Of a stretch of DNA of 64,000 nt, positions 18,353 through 26,930 are shown in pieces. Positions within the stretch are counted from its first letter, which is position 1, and the number at the start of each line of letters is the position of its first letter. A program made the translations under genes and the position numbers. The notes below the pieces were generated by a model. It had not been told where the DNA came from and made no database searches. It saw only the letters and a list, made by a program, of their open reading frames with translations. The stretch covers positions 7,401 to 71,400 of the forward strand of contig JAFRTE010000046.1 of NCBI GenBank assembly GCA_017427285.1, written 5' to 3'. Origin of the DNA: Clostridia bacterium. GTDB lineage: Bacteria > Bacillota > Clostridia > Oscillospirales > UBA644.

Positions 18353-20701
18353 ATGACACTTAAAGATCTGTCTGTCGGACACAGAGCCGTCGTTACCGCA
18401 GTAGGGGGAGAGGGAGCGACGCGTCAGCATTTCCTCGATATGGGTATCATACCCGGAACAGAGGTTTCTGTCGTTAAATACGCGCCTATGGGCGACCCTG
18501 TGGAAATCTGCGTTCACGGTTACGAGCTTACGCTCAGGCTTGACGACGCCGCAAAAATAGAGGTTGACGAATCGGCGGTCTCCGATCAGCAAAAGGACGT
18601 TAAAGCCGCAAAGGGCATAAACGAGCATTACGGTCTCGGCGAAGGCGGACGTTTTCACCCGAAGGGAAGCGGCGACCCCGTCCCGAAAGGCGAAACTCTT
18701 ACTTTTGCGCTTGTCGGAAATCAGAATTCCGGAAAAACCACCCTTTTCAATCAGCTGACGGGCTCGAGACAGCATGTCGGAAATTTCCCCGGCGTTACGG
18801 TAGACAGAAAAGACGGCGCGATAATAGGACATCCCAACACGTCCATAACAGACCTTCCGGGCATTTATTCCATGTCGCCTTACTCAAGCGAAGAGCTCGT
18901 ATCGCGGAATTTTGTCCTTGACGAAAAACCGCTTGGTATAATCAATATCGTAGACGCTACCAACATTGAGCGGAATCTGTATCTTACAATGCAACTTCTT
19001 GAAATGGAGATCCCCGTCGTTGTTGCGCTGAATATGATGGATGAGGTCGCGGGAAACGGCGGATCGGTAGATGTAAACACGATGGAAGCTATGCTCGGGG
19101 TGCCAGTTATTCCGATATCGGCGGCTAAAAATCAGGGCGTTAACGAGCTTGTAGAGCATGCTCTTCACATAGCAAGCTACCGTGAAAAACCTCTGAGACA
19201 GGATTTTTGCGGCGAGGACGAGCATGGGGGAGCAGTTCACCGCTGTATCCACGCGGTAACGCACCTTATTCAGGACCATGCCGAGTCCGTAGGGCTTCCC
19301 GTCCGATTTGCTGCAAGCAAGGCGATCGAGGGCGACAGTCTTATTATAAATCAGCTCAATCTTGACGAAAACGAAAGAGAAACTCTTGACCATATTGCTC
19401 TTCAGATGGAAAAGGAGCGGGGACTTGACAGAAGCGCCGCCATTGCGGATATGCGCTTTGCTTTTATAATGAAAGTATGCGATACCTGTGTAACAAAACC
19501 GCAGGAAAGCAAAGAAAGCATAAGAAGCCGTAAGATCGACCGTTTTCTTACCGGCAAATATACCGCTCTGCCTATTTTCATCTGCGTGATGGGACTTATC
19601 TTCTTTCTTACTTTCAACGTAATAGGCACATTTTTGCAGGGACTGCTCGAAACGGGCATCGGCGCGCTTACTGAGATCGTAGACGGCGCAATGGCGGCGG
19701 GCGGAGTAAACGAAGTATTGCGAAGTCTTGTTATCAACGGCATTTTTGAAGGCGTAGGCAGCGTTTTAAGCTTTCTGCCCATAGTAGTTACGATGTTCTT
19801 TTTCCTTTCTTTGCTCGAAGACAGCGGATATATCGCCCGCGTCGCATTTGTTATGGATAAGCTTCTGCGAAAACTCGGTCTTTCGGGACGTAGCATAGTT
19901 CCGTTGCTTATCGGTTTCGGCTGCACCGTTCCCGCAGTTATGGCGACCAGAACTCTTCCGAGCGAACGCGACAGAAAAATGACGGTTTTGCTCACGCCGT
20001 TTATGAGCTGTACCGCAAAACTGCCGATTTACGCGTTTTTCGTAGACGCGTTCTTCCCGAAATACAAAGCCCTTGTAATGATCGGTCTTTACGTAACGGG
20101 CATACTTTTCGGAATACTCGTCGCTTTTCTTTACAAAAAAATCATGTTTAAGGGCGAAGCCGTTCCGTTCGTTATGGAATTACCCAATTACCGCATGCCA
20201 AGCGTAAGAAATGTTGCGCAGCTTCTTTGGGAAAAGGCGAAAGATTTTCTGCAGAAGGCGTTTTCGGTCATCCTTGTTGCAACGGTCGTCGTATGGTTCC
20301 TTCAGACGTTCGATTTCCATTTCAATATCGTTGAAAACTCGCAGAACAGTATTCTTGCCGTTATTTCGGGTTTCCTCGTTCCCCTGTTCAATCCTCTCGG
20401 GTTGGGCGACTGGCGAATCGTAACTTCTCTTATAAGCGGGTTTATGGCAAAAGAAAGCGTTGTATCAACTCTTGAAGTCCTTTTCGGCGCAGAAGGCGGG
20501 ATATCCGTGGCGATAAGCTCAGTTGCAGCGCTTTCGCTGCTCGTTTTCAGCCTTCTTTATACGCCGTGCGTTGCCGCAATTGCTTCGATACGCAGAGAAC
20601 TCGGCTTTAAGTGGGCATTTTACGTTGTAATATGGCAGTGCGTCGTGGCGTGGATAGCCGCTTTCCTCGTACGTCTGATCGGAATGTTTGCCGGTGCGTA
20701 A
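18353..20701 (+). CDS. feoB: ferrous iron transporter, FeoA-FeoB fusion
   Basis: N-terminal FeoA SH3-like domain (VGHRAVVTAV...GIIPGTEVSVV), G-domain LVGNQNSGKTTLFNQLTG, and a large polytopic C-terminal part. Confidence 0.95.
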   Translation: MTLKDLSVGHRAVVTAVGGEGATRQHFLDMGIIPGTEVSVVKYAPMGDPVEICVHGYELTLRLDDAAKIEVDESAVSDQQKDVKAAKGINEHYGLGEGGRFHPKGSGDPVPKGETLTFALVGNQNSGKTTLFNQLTGSRQHVGNFPGVTVDRKDGAIIGHPNTSITDLPGIYSMSPYSSEELVSRNFVLDEKPLGIINIVDATNIERNLYLTMQLLEMEIPVVVALNMMDEVAGNGGSVDVNTMEAMLGVPVIPISAAKNQGVNELVEHALHIASYREKPLRQDFCGEDEHGGAVHRCIHAVTHLIQDHAESVGLPVRFAASKAIEGDSLIINQLNLDENERETLDHIALQMEKERGLDRSAAIADMRFAFIMKVCDTCVTKPQESKESIRSRKIDRFLTGKYTALPIFICVMGLIFFLTFNVIGTFLQGLLETGIGALTEIVDGAMAAGGVNEVLRSLVINGIFEGVGSVLSFLPIVVTMFFFLSLLEDSGYIARVAFVMDKLLRKLGLSGRSIVPLLIGFGCTVPAVMATRTLPSERDRKMTVLLTPFMSCTAKLPIYAFFVDAFFPKYKALVMIGLYVTGILFGILVAFLYKKIMFKGEAVPFVMELPNYRMPSVRNVAQLLWEKAKDFLQKAFSVILVATVVVWFLQTFDFHFNIVENSQNSILAVISGFLVPLFNPLGLGDWRIVTSLISGFMAKESVVSTLEVLFGAEGGISVAISSVAALSLLVFSLLYTPCVAAIASIRRELGFKWAFYVVIWQCVVAWIAAFLVRLIGMFAGA

Positions 20702-20711
20702 GGAGGGTTAA

Positions 20712-20867
20712 ATGAATCCGATAGACTGGATAATAATTGCCGTTGTCGTTCTTTTTCTCGCTTTTGCCGTATGGCAGGTCGTCAGGCGAAAAAAAGGAAA
20801 ATGTTCGGGCTGCTGCGGAGGATGTAACGGTCAGTGTGGCAAACCCGTAAAAAAGAAAACCGACTAA
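20712..20867 (+). CDS. FeoB-associated Cys-rich small membrane protein
   Basis: Not in the ORF track (51 aa): MNPIDWIIIAVVVLFLAFAVWQVVRRKKGKCSGCCGGCNGQCGKPVKKKTD. ATG is 5 nt after AGGAGGG and 10 nt after the feoB stop. One TM helix plus a CxxCCxxCxxxC tail. Confidence 0.8.
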   Translation: MNPIDWIIIAVVVLFLAFAVWQVVRRKKGKCSGCCGGCNGQCGKPVKKKTD

Positions 20868-21018
20868 AACCTGCGGACTGCCCGCAACGGACAGTCTGTA
20901 TCCGTTTTTCTTCTTGACAAACATCGTTAAATTATGTATAATAACTATATGAAATTGTCTTGACAATTATGTCTCTCCATAATATAATAATAAAAAAGGA
21001 TTCTCGGGAGAAATGTAA

Positions 21019-21312
21019 ATGAACGAATATATTTTACCTGCAGCCGCGGTTTTGTTGATAATACTGAATATTATTTCTTTTTGCCTTATGGCGTACGATA
21101 AACACTGCGCAAAAGCGGGCAGACGCCGCGTACCGGAAAAAGTGCTTTTCATTTCCGCAGCGCTTTTCGGAGGACTCGGCGGAGTGCTCGGTATGACGCT
21201 GATGAGACATAAAACGAAGCATTGGTATTTCAAGCTGTTCTTCCCCGTATTTCTCGTCGTTCAGACCGCGCTTCTCGTTTTTGCGTATCTGCTTTACGGC
21301 GGAACAGTTTGA
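21019..21312 (+). CDS. DUF1294 membrane protein
   Basis: AYDKHCAKAGRRRVPEKVLF...LFGGLGGVLGM...RHKTKHWYF. Two consensus TTGACA-N17-TATAAT promoters in tandem upstream. Confidence 0.85.
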   Translation: MNEYILPAAAVLLIILNIISFCLMAYDKHCAKAGRRRVPEKVLFISAALFGGLGGVLGMTLMRHKTKHWYFKLFFPVFLVVQTALLVFAYLLYGGTV

Positions 21313-21345
21313 TCTGAGTTTTCCGGGTAAAAGGAGTGTTGCTTA

Positions 21346-22045
21346 TTGAAACCGACAGTCGGAGTTTTGCCGCTCTGGGACGAAGCCAAAGACAGCATCT
21401 GGATGCTTCCCGGTTATATGAACGGGATTTTGGCGGCAGGTGCGGTTCCTGTCATATTGCCGTTTTCAACGGATGAACAAGACATTGAAAAAATACTTTC
21501 ATTCTGCAGCGGTTTTCTGTTTACGGGAGGGCAGGATATATCTCCCGAAATATACGGAGAAGAGCCGATTGAGGGCTTAAACGACGTATGTCAAAAGCGC
21601 GACGAGCTTGAAATTGCGGTCTTTAAAGCGGCTTTGGGGTATGATAAGCCCGTTTTGGGCATCTGCCGCGGGATCCAGCTTATTAATGCGGCTCTCGGAG
21701 GAACTTTATATCAGGATCTTCCCACACAGCGCCCTTCGGATATCGTCCATCGTCAGCAGCCCCCTTACGACGTCCCGTCCCATACGGTATCCGTATTAAA
21801 AGACACGCCGCTTTTTGAATATCTGAAAAACGAAACGCTTCAGGTCAACAGCAGTCACCATCAGGCGATAAAAACGCTGTCCGACGAGCTGAAAGCTATG
21901 GCGTTTTCGCCGGACGGGATAACCGAAGCGGTTTACAGACCGAAAAGCAGGTTTCTCTGGGCAGTTCAATGGCACCCCCGAAAGACTTTTCAATAAAAGC
22001 AGCGACCACGCAAAGATTTTCAGAGCATTTGTCAGCGCGATGTAA
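21346..22045 (+). pseudogene. class-I glutamine amidotransferase / peptidase C26 (PuuD-like gamma-glutamyl hydrolase), frameshifted near the 3' end
   Basis: GICRGIQLINAALGG (Cys nucleophile) and HHQA are present. The ORF reads ...VQWHPRKTFQ* through a C5 run at 21975-21979. Removing one C gives WHPERLFNKSSDHAKIFRAFVSAM*, which restores the canonical WHPE and the family C-terminus (stop at 22043-22045). Confidence 0.7.
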
Positions 22046-22110
22046 AATCCAATACCTTTACAGAGTAATAATTATTGTATTTTCAGAATAAACAAAGGAG
22101 ATATAAAACG

Positions 22111-24018
22111 ATGAGTGAAGAAAACATCAGAATTCAGGACGACCTTTACGAAGCGGTCAACGGCGAGTGGCTCAAAACGGCCGTAATTCCCGACGACAGA
22201 CCCACAACCGGCGGCTTTTCGGATCTTGACCAGGACGTTGAAAAAATAATGATGGCGGATTTCGCCGCTTTTGCAAAAGGTGAAAAAACGACCGATATCC
22301 CCGAGATGAAATATGCGATTTCGCTGTATAAAAAGGTTCTTGATACCGAAAGAAGAAACAGAGAGGGCATAACTCCCGCGCTCGGTTTTCTCGAAAAAAT
22401 AAAATCGGTAAAAACCCCCGAAGATCTTAACGATATCGCCGCATATTTTACCGTAAACGATATCAATCTTCCGATACAGCTCAGCGTTCAGCCGGATATG
22501 GAAAACGCCGAAAAGCATTCCGTTATCGTTCTCGGCCCCGATATCATCCTTCCCGATACAACTTATTATGCAGACGACAATCCCGCGGGCAAACAGCTTC
22601 TTGCCGTTTATTCGGATATGGCTGCAAAGGTGTTAAGCTTTACACAGCTGTCCGGGGGCGAACAGAAAAAGTATCTCGAAGATACTCTTGCATTTGATGC
22701 GCTCGTTGCAGCGAAGGTAAAGAGTCAGGTTGAATGGTCCGAATATTATAAATGTCACAATCCGATGAGCGTTGATGAAGTTGCTTCATACGTTGCTCCG
22801 TTTGACATCAAAAAGCTCCTTGCCGATCTTTACGGAGATAAGGCGCCCGATACGATCATTGTTTACGACCCGAAGGCGATAAAGGAAATGAGCGGATACT
22901 ATTCTGCCGAAAACTTTGAAATGTATATCCACTGGGCGTACGTCAAAGCCCTCATCGGCAGCACCGCATGCCTTTCCGAAGAACTTGCGTCTCTCGGCAG
23001 AACTTACAGAAAAGTACTTACGGGCGTTGCGGCAGACCCCGCGATCGAAAAACAGGCGTACAGAGTAGCGTCTATGACGTATTCTGAGCCGGTAGGCGTT
23101 TATTACGGCAGAACGTACTTCGGCGAAGAGGCAAAGAAGGACGTTGTAGATATGGTAAAGAAGATCATTGAAACTTACAAGCTCAGAGTCCGTAAAAACA
23201 CGTTCCTCGCTCAGTCTACAAAAGAAGAAGCAGTTAAAAAGCTCTCTGCGATCGAAATTAAAATGGGTTATCCCGATTCCGTAAAGGAATTCTGGTCAAC
23301 GCTCGTTTTCGACGAGGGCGATTCGTATTTCGAAGCTATGCAGAAACTCTCCGCGATCCGCAACAAAGAGGGCATAAGCAGACTTCTAAAGCCCGTAGAC
23401 CGCACAGAGTGGGTCATGCCCGGACATATGGTAAACGCATGCTACAATCCCAGCAGCAACGATATCACCTTCCCCGCCGCGATCCTTCAGAAGCCGTTTT
23501 ACTCGCTTAAACAGAGCGTAAGCGAAAATCTCGGCGGTATCGGCGCGGTTATCGGACACGAAATATCTCACGCATTCGATAACAACGGCGCAAACTTCGA
23601 CGAACACGGTAATCTTAAAAACTGGTGGACCGAAGAGGACTTCGCCGCTTTTAAAGAACTCACAAAGGGCATGATAGAGCAGTTTGACGGCATAGAATTC
23701 CACGGCGGAAAAGTTAACGGCGAACTCGTAGTAAGCGAAAATATCGCCGATAACGGCGGTATGGGCGTAACGCTCGAGATCATGCATACTCTTGAAAAAC
23801 CCGATTTTCAGGCATATTTCAAAAACTGGGCGCGCGTATGGTGCATGAAGGCAAAAGAAGAATATATTCAGCTTCTTCTTGCAAGCGACGTCCATTCTCC
23901 CGCAGTTTTAAGGGCGAATATGTCCCCGAGAAACTTCTCCGAGTGGTACGATGCTTTTGACGTGACTAAAAACGATAAAATGTATATCGCTCCCGAAAAG
24001 AGGATCAGCATCTGGTAA
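22111..24018 (+). CDS. pepO: M13 family metalloendopeptidase (PepO-like)
   Basis: ATG at 22111 follows AAAGGAG. HEISHAFD (HExxH), ENIADNGG, NAYY-like NACYNP. No signal peptide. Confidence 0.9.
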   Translation: MSEENIRIQDDLYEAVNGEWLKTAVIPDDRPTTGGFSDLDQDVEKIMMADFAAFAKGEKTTDIPEMKYAISLYKKVLDTERRNREGITPALGFLEKIKSVKTPEDLNDIAAYFTVNDINLPIQLSVQPDMENAEKHSVIVLGPDIILPDTTYYADDNPAGKQLLAVYSDMAAKVLSFTQLSGGEQKKYLEDTLAFDALVAAKVKSQVEWSEYYKCHNPMSVDEVASYVAPFDIKKLLADLYGDKAPDTIIVYDPKAIKEMSGYYSAENFEMYIHWAYVKALIGSTACLSEELASLGRTYRKVLTGVAADPAIEKQAYRVASMTYSEPVGVYYGRTYFGEEAKKDVVDMVKKIIETYKLRVRKNTFLAQSTKEEAVKKLSAIEIKMGYPDSVKEFWSTLVFDEGDSYFEAMQKLSAIRNKEGISRLLKPVDRTEWVMPGHMVNACYNPSSNDITFPAAILQKPFYSLKQSVSENLGGIGAVIGHEISHAFDNNGANFDEHGNLKNWWTEEDFAAFKELTKGMIEQFDGIEFHGGKVNGELVVSENIADNGGMGVTLEIMHTLEKPDFQAYFKNWARVWCMKAKEEYIQLLLASDVHSPAVLRANMSPRNFSEWYDAFDVTKNDKMYIAPEKRISIW

Positions 24019-24047
24019 GATCTGCCGGACGGGCGTAAGGAGAAAAA

Positions 24048-24740
24048 ATGCACGCGATACTCAAAGATAAAAAGGTCGTCTTTTTCGATATCGGCTATAC
24101 CGTTTTTTATCCCGCTTCGGGGGACTGGATGTTTACAAACAGATTCCTCGAGGTCGCGGGCGAGCGGTTTAAAAAATATACCGCTTCGCAGATAAGAGAA
24201 GCCCGTATGAAAGGGGAGGAGTATCTCCTTCATAATCATCTGTGTCATGACGAAGACGTCGAACTTGAAAGGATAAAGCATTTTTACGAAATGTTTTCAT
24301 CCTCTCTTGGTCTCGGACTGACCGACGAGGAGATAGTTTCCGTTGCAAAAGACCATACTTTCAATGCCGAAAACTACGTAAAATACCACGACGCCGTAAA
24401 GGTCCTTTCAAAATTGAGCGATCATTTTTCTCTCGGCATTATTTCAGATACCTGGCCAAGTCTTGAAACGAAGCTGAAAAAACACGGCCTCGATAAATAT
24501 TTTTCGTTTGCAACTTACAGCTTCGATCTAGGCGTCTATAAGCCGGACCCGAAAATGTTTGCCGACGCGCTTTCAAAATGCGGATGTGACGCAGACAAGA
24601 CGGTATTTATAGACGACAGACCGGAAAATCTCGCAGGCGCCGAAAAATTCGGCATTACCCCCGTCCTTATCGCCGCAACGCCCGGTTCGGACCCCGAAAC
24701 TTCGTTTTTTAAAATTCATTCGCTTTCCGAGCTTCTGTAA
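24048..24740 (+). CDS. HAD-IA family hydrolase
   Basis: Motif I VVFFDIGYTV, ISDTW, K...FIDDRPENLAGAEKFGI. Confidence 0.7.
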   Translation: MHAILKDKKVVFFDIGYTVFYPASGDWMFTNRFLEVAGERFKKYTASQIREARMKGEEYLLHNHLCHDEDVELERIKHFYEMFSSSLGLGLTDEEIVSVAKDHTFNAENYVKYHDAVKVLSKLSDHFSLGIISDTWPSLETKLKKHGLDKYFSFATYSFDLGVYKPDPKMFADALSKCGCDADKTVFIDDRPENLAGAEKFGITPVLIAATPGSDPETSFFKIHSLSELL

Positions 24741-24761
24741 ATCCCCGAAAGGATCATCCGC

Positions 24762-25793
24762 ATGAAAGTCACTTTTTTCGACTCAAAACCTTACGATATC
24801 GCCTCTTTTGAGAAATACGACCGTCAAAACGGGCTTGAATTCAGGTTTTACGAAACAAAACTCAATGAAGATACCGTAAATCTTGCCGCCGGCAGCGACG
24901 CCGTATGCGTTTTTGTAAACGATACGGTAAACGCGGCTGTTATAGACGCGCTTTACAAAAACGGAGTCAGACTTATCGCGCTTCGGTCTGCGGGTTACAA
25001 CAACGTTGACGTAAAACACGCTTTCGGCAAAATACACGTCGTCCACGTTCCCGCATATTCGCCTTACTCCGTTGCCGAACATGCAATGGCGCTGCTTTTA
25101 ACTTCTGTAAGACGCATACATAAAGCGTATAACCGTACAAGAGACAACAATTTTTCGCTGAACGGACTTATCGGCTTCGATCTTCACGGCAAAACAGTAG
25201 GCGTTATCGGTACGGGCAAAATAGGCCGTATTTTTGCGGATATCTGCCACGGCTTCGGCATGAACGTGCTCGCCTACGACAAATATCCCTCCGAGAGCAG
25301 CTTTATAAAGTATCTTCCGCTTGACGAGCTTCTCGAAAAAAGCGATATCGTCTCTCTTCACTGTCCGCTTACGGAAGAAACGCGTCATCTCATCGATTCC
25401 GCGGCAATAGCAAGGATGAAAAAAGGCGTTGTTGTGATAAATACTTCCAGGGGCGCGCTTATCGACGCGGAAGCTCTGCTTGAAGGTATAAAGCAGCGGC
25501 AGATCGGCGCCGCATGCCTTGACGTATACGAAGAAGAGGCGGATATCTTTTTTGAGGACCGTTCGGGACATATCCTTGCAGACGACGTTCTCGCCCGTCT
25601 TATAACGATGCCTAACGTTATAGTTACTTCACATCAGGCATATCTTACAACGGAAGCGCTTGACAGTATCGCAAAAACCACCGTTGAAAACATCGTATCT
25701 TTTATAAACGGCGATATTTGCGAAAACGAGCTTTGCTACCGCTGCGGCAATATCGAGCACTGCAAAAAGGAACGAAAAAACAAATGCTTTTAG
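24762..25793 (+). CDS. ldhA: D-lactate dehydrogenase / D-2-hydroxyacid dehydrogenase
   Basis: VGVIGTGKIGR (NAD fold), NTSRG, the catalytic region of D-isomer specific dehydrogenases, plus an unusual Cys-rich tail CENELCYRCGNIEHCKKERKNKCF. Confidence 0.85.
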   Translation: MKVTFFDSKPYDIASFEKYDRQNGLEFRFYETKLNEDTVNLAAGSDAVCVFVNDTVNAAVIDALYKNGVRLIALRSAGYNNVDVKHAFGKIHVVHVPAYSPYSVAEHAMALLLTSVRRIHKAYNRTRDNNFSLNGLIGFDLHGKTVGVIGTGKIGRIFADICHGFGMNVLAYDKYPSESSFIKYLPLDELLEKSDIVSLHCPLTEETRHLIDSAAIARMKKGVVVINTSRGALIDAEALLEGIKQRQIGAACLDVYEEEADIFFEDRSGHILADDVLARLITMPNVIVTSHQAYLTTEALDSIAKTTVENIVSFINGDICENELCYRCGNIEHCKKERKNKCF

Positions 25794-25827
25794 CATAAAA
25801 TATAATAAATAACAGGGAGGAAGCTCT

Positions 25828-26781
25828 ATGAAATTTACAAAACTTTTCATCCTGATCTTGGTTTTGGCTATGGCCATTTCCTTTGTTACCTCATGCACCG
25901 ACGCCCCTTCGGGAGGAAACGAACCGGAAGACAAGCCCGAAACTTCGCAGTCTCAGCAGGAACCGAGTGAAAACAACACCGAAGAAACCGAAAAGCCCGA
26001 TGAAACCGAAACCCCCGAGACATCGTCGCCTTCAGGCGCGGCTACAGTTGAATCCCACGTTATATTCGAAGACAGTGGCATAAAAATTACCGTAAAAGAG
26101 CTTGATATGGACGCTTTTTTCGGACCCGAGCTCAAATTCCTTATCGAAAACGACACGGAAGAAGATGTTGAAGTCACTGTTAACAGTGTTTCCGTAAACG
26201 GATACGCTATCTCTTCATATCTCTTTACCGACGTTTCCGCCGGCAAGAAGGCAAACGATTACATTTCTTTATCCGAGTCCGACCTTGAAGAGCGAGGCAT
26301 TTCCGTTATCGCAGATATAGAGCTCGATTTTATCGTTTATAAAAACGACTCGTGGGATCTTATCTGCCAAAGCGATATGATCCGCATCGAAACTTCCGCC
26401 GCTGACGGTTTTGTTTATACTTACGACGAATCCGGCGTTGAAGCATACAACGATAACGGAGTTTTGATCGTCACAAAAGGCATTGACGAAGACGAATTTC
26501 TCGGCGAATCCGTCGTTGTGTATATTTACAATAAAAACGACGCCGCAGTCACCGTAAGCGCGCGCAACGTTTCCGTTAACGGTTTTATGCTTGACCCGAT
26601 CTTTTCCGTTTCTGTCCCCGCCGGCAAACATGCGCTTCAGAAGCTCTATTTCTTCGACAGCGACCTTGAAGAAAACGAGATCGAACATCTCGATGACGTT
26701 GAGATCACCTTTTATATTTACTATACCGACACATGGGACGATATCGCATATTCCGATCCGGTCCATGTTACGAGAAACTGA
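25828..26781 (+). CDS. lipoprotein with an acidic P/E/T-rich linker and an internally duplicated domain
   Basis: Lipobox ISFVTSCTD, about 50 aa of PE/T-rich linker, then two similar modules (VTVNSVSVNGYAIS...SESDLEERGI...IELDFIVY..DSWD and VTVSARNVSVNGFMLD...FDSDLEENEI...VEITFYIYYTDTWD). Confidence 0.6.
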   Translation: MKFTKLFILILVLAMAISFVTSCTDAPSGGNEPEDKPETSQSQQEPSENNTEETEKPDETETPETSSPSGAATVESHVIFEDSGIKITVKELDMDAFFGPELKFLIENDTEEDVEVTVNSVSVNGYAISSYLFTDVSAGKKANDYISLSESDLEERGISVIADIELDFIVYKNDSWDLICQSDMIRIETSAADGFVYTYDESGVEAYNDNGVLIVTKGIDEDEFLGESVVVYIYNKNDAAVTVSARNVSVNGFMLDPIFSVSVPAGKHALQKLYFFDSDLEENEIEHLDDVEITFYIYYTDTWDDIAYSDPVHVTRN

Positions 26782-26806
26782 TTATTCCTTCCACCCATTT
26801 CATTTT

Positions 26807-26840
26807 CCGCCTCCCGTTCTTGCAGGGGGGGCGGTTTTTT
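26807..26840 (+). terminator. rho-independent terminator
   Basis: Stem CCGCCTCCC / GGGGGGCGG (one G-U pair) followed by TTTTTT. Confidence 0.75.
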
Positions 26841-26870
26841 ACCCAAAAATACAAAAACACTTTTTTACTC

Positions 26871-26900
26871 TTGACATTTCACCGTTATTTAGGTTATAAT
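26871..26900 (+). promoter_or_regulatory. sigma-A type promoter of paralog P4
   Basis: TTGACA (26871-26876), 18-nt spacer, TATAAT (26895-26900). Confidence 0.7.
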
Positions 26901-26930
26901 ATAAATAAAAATAGGGATGGGGTTTATTAA

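Noticed and set aside
20868-20912. Possible terminator after the feoB-associated small gene
   Set aside because: Only a 5-bp imperfect stem (ACGGA/TCCGT) precedes the TTTTT. That is too weak to call with confidence.
25720-25793. Cys-rich C-terminal tail of LdhA (CENELCYRCGNIEHCKKERKNKCF) as a separate metal-binding module
   Set aside because: It is interesting but only about 28 aa, with no recognisable zinc-ribbon spacing that I can name. I noted it in the feature instead of listing it as a finding.
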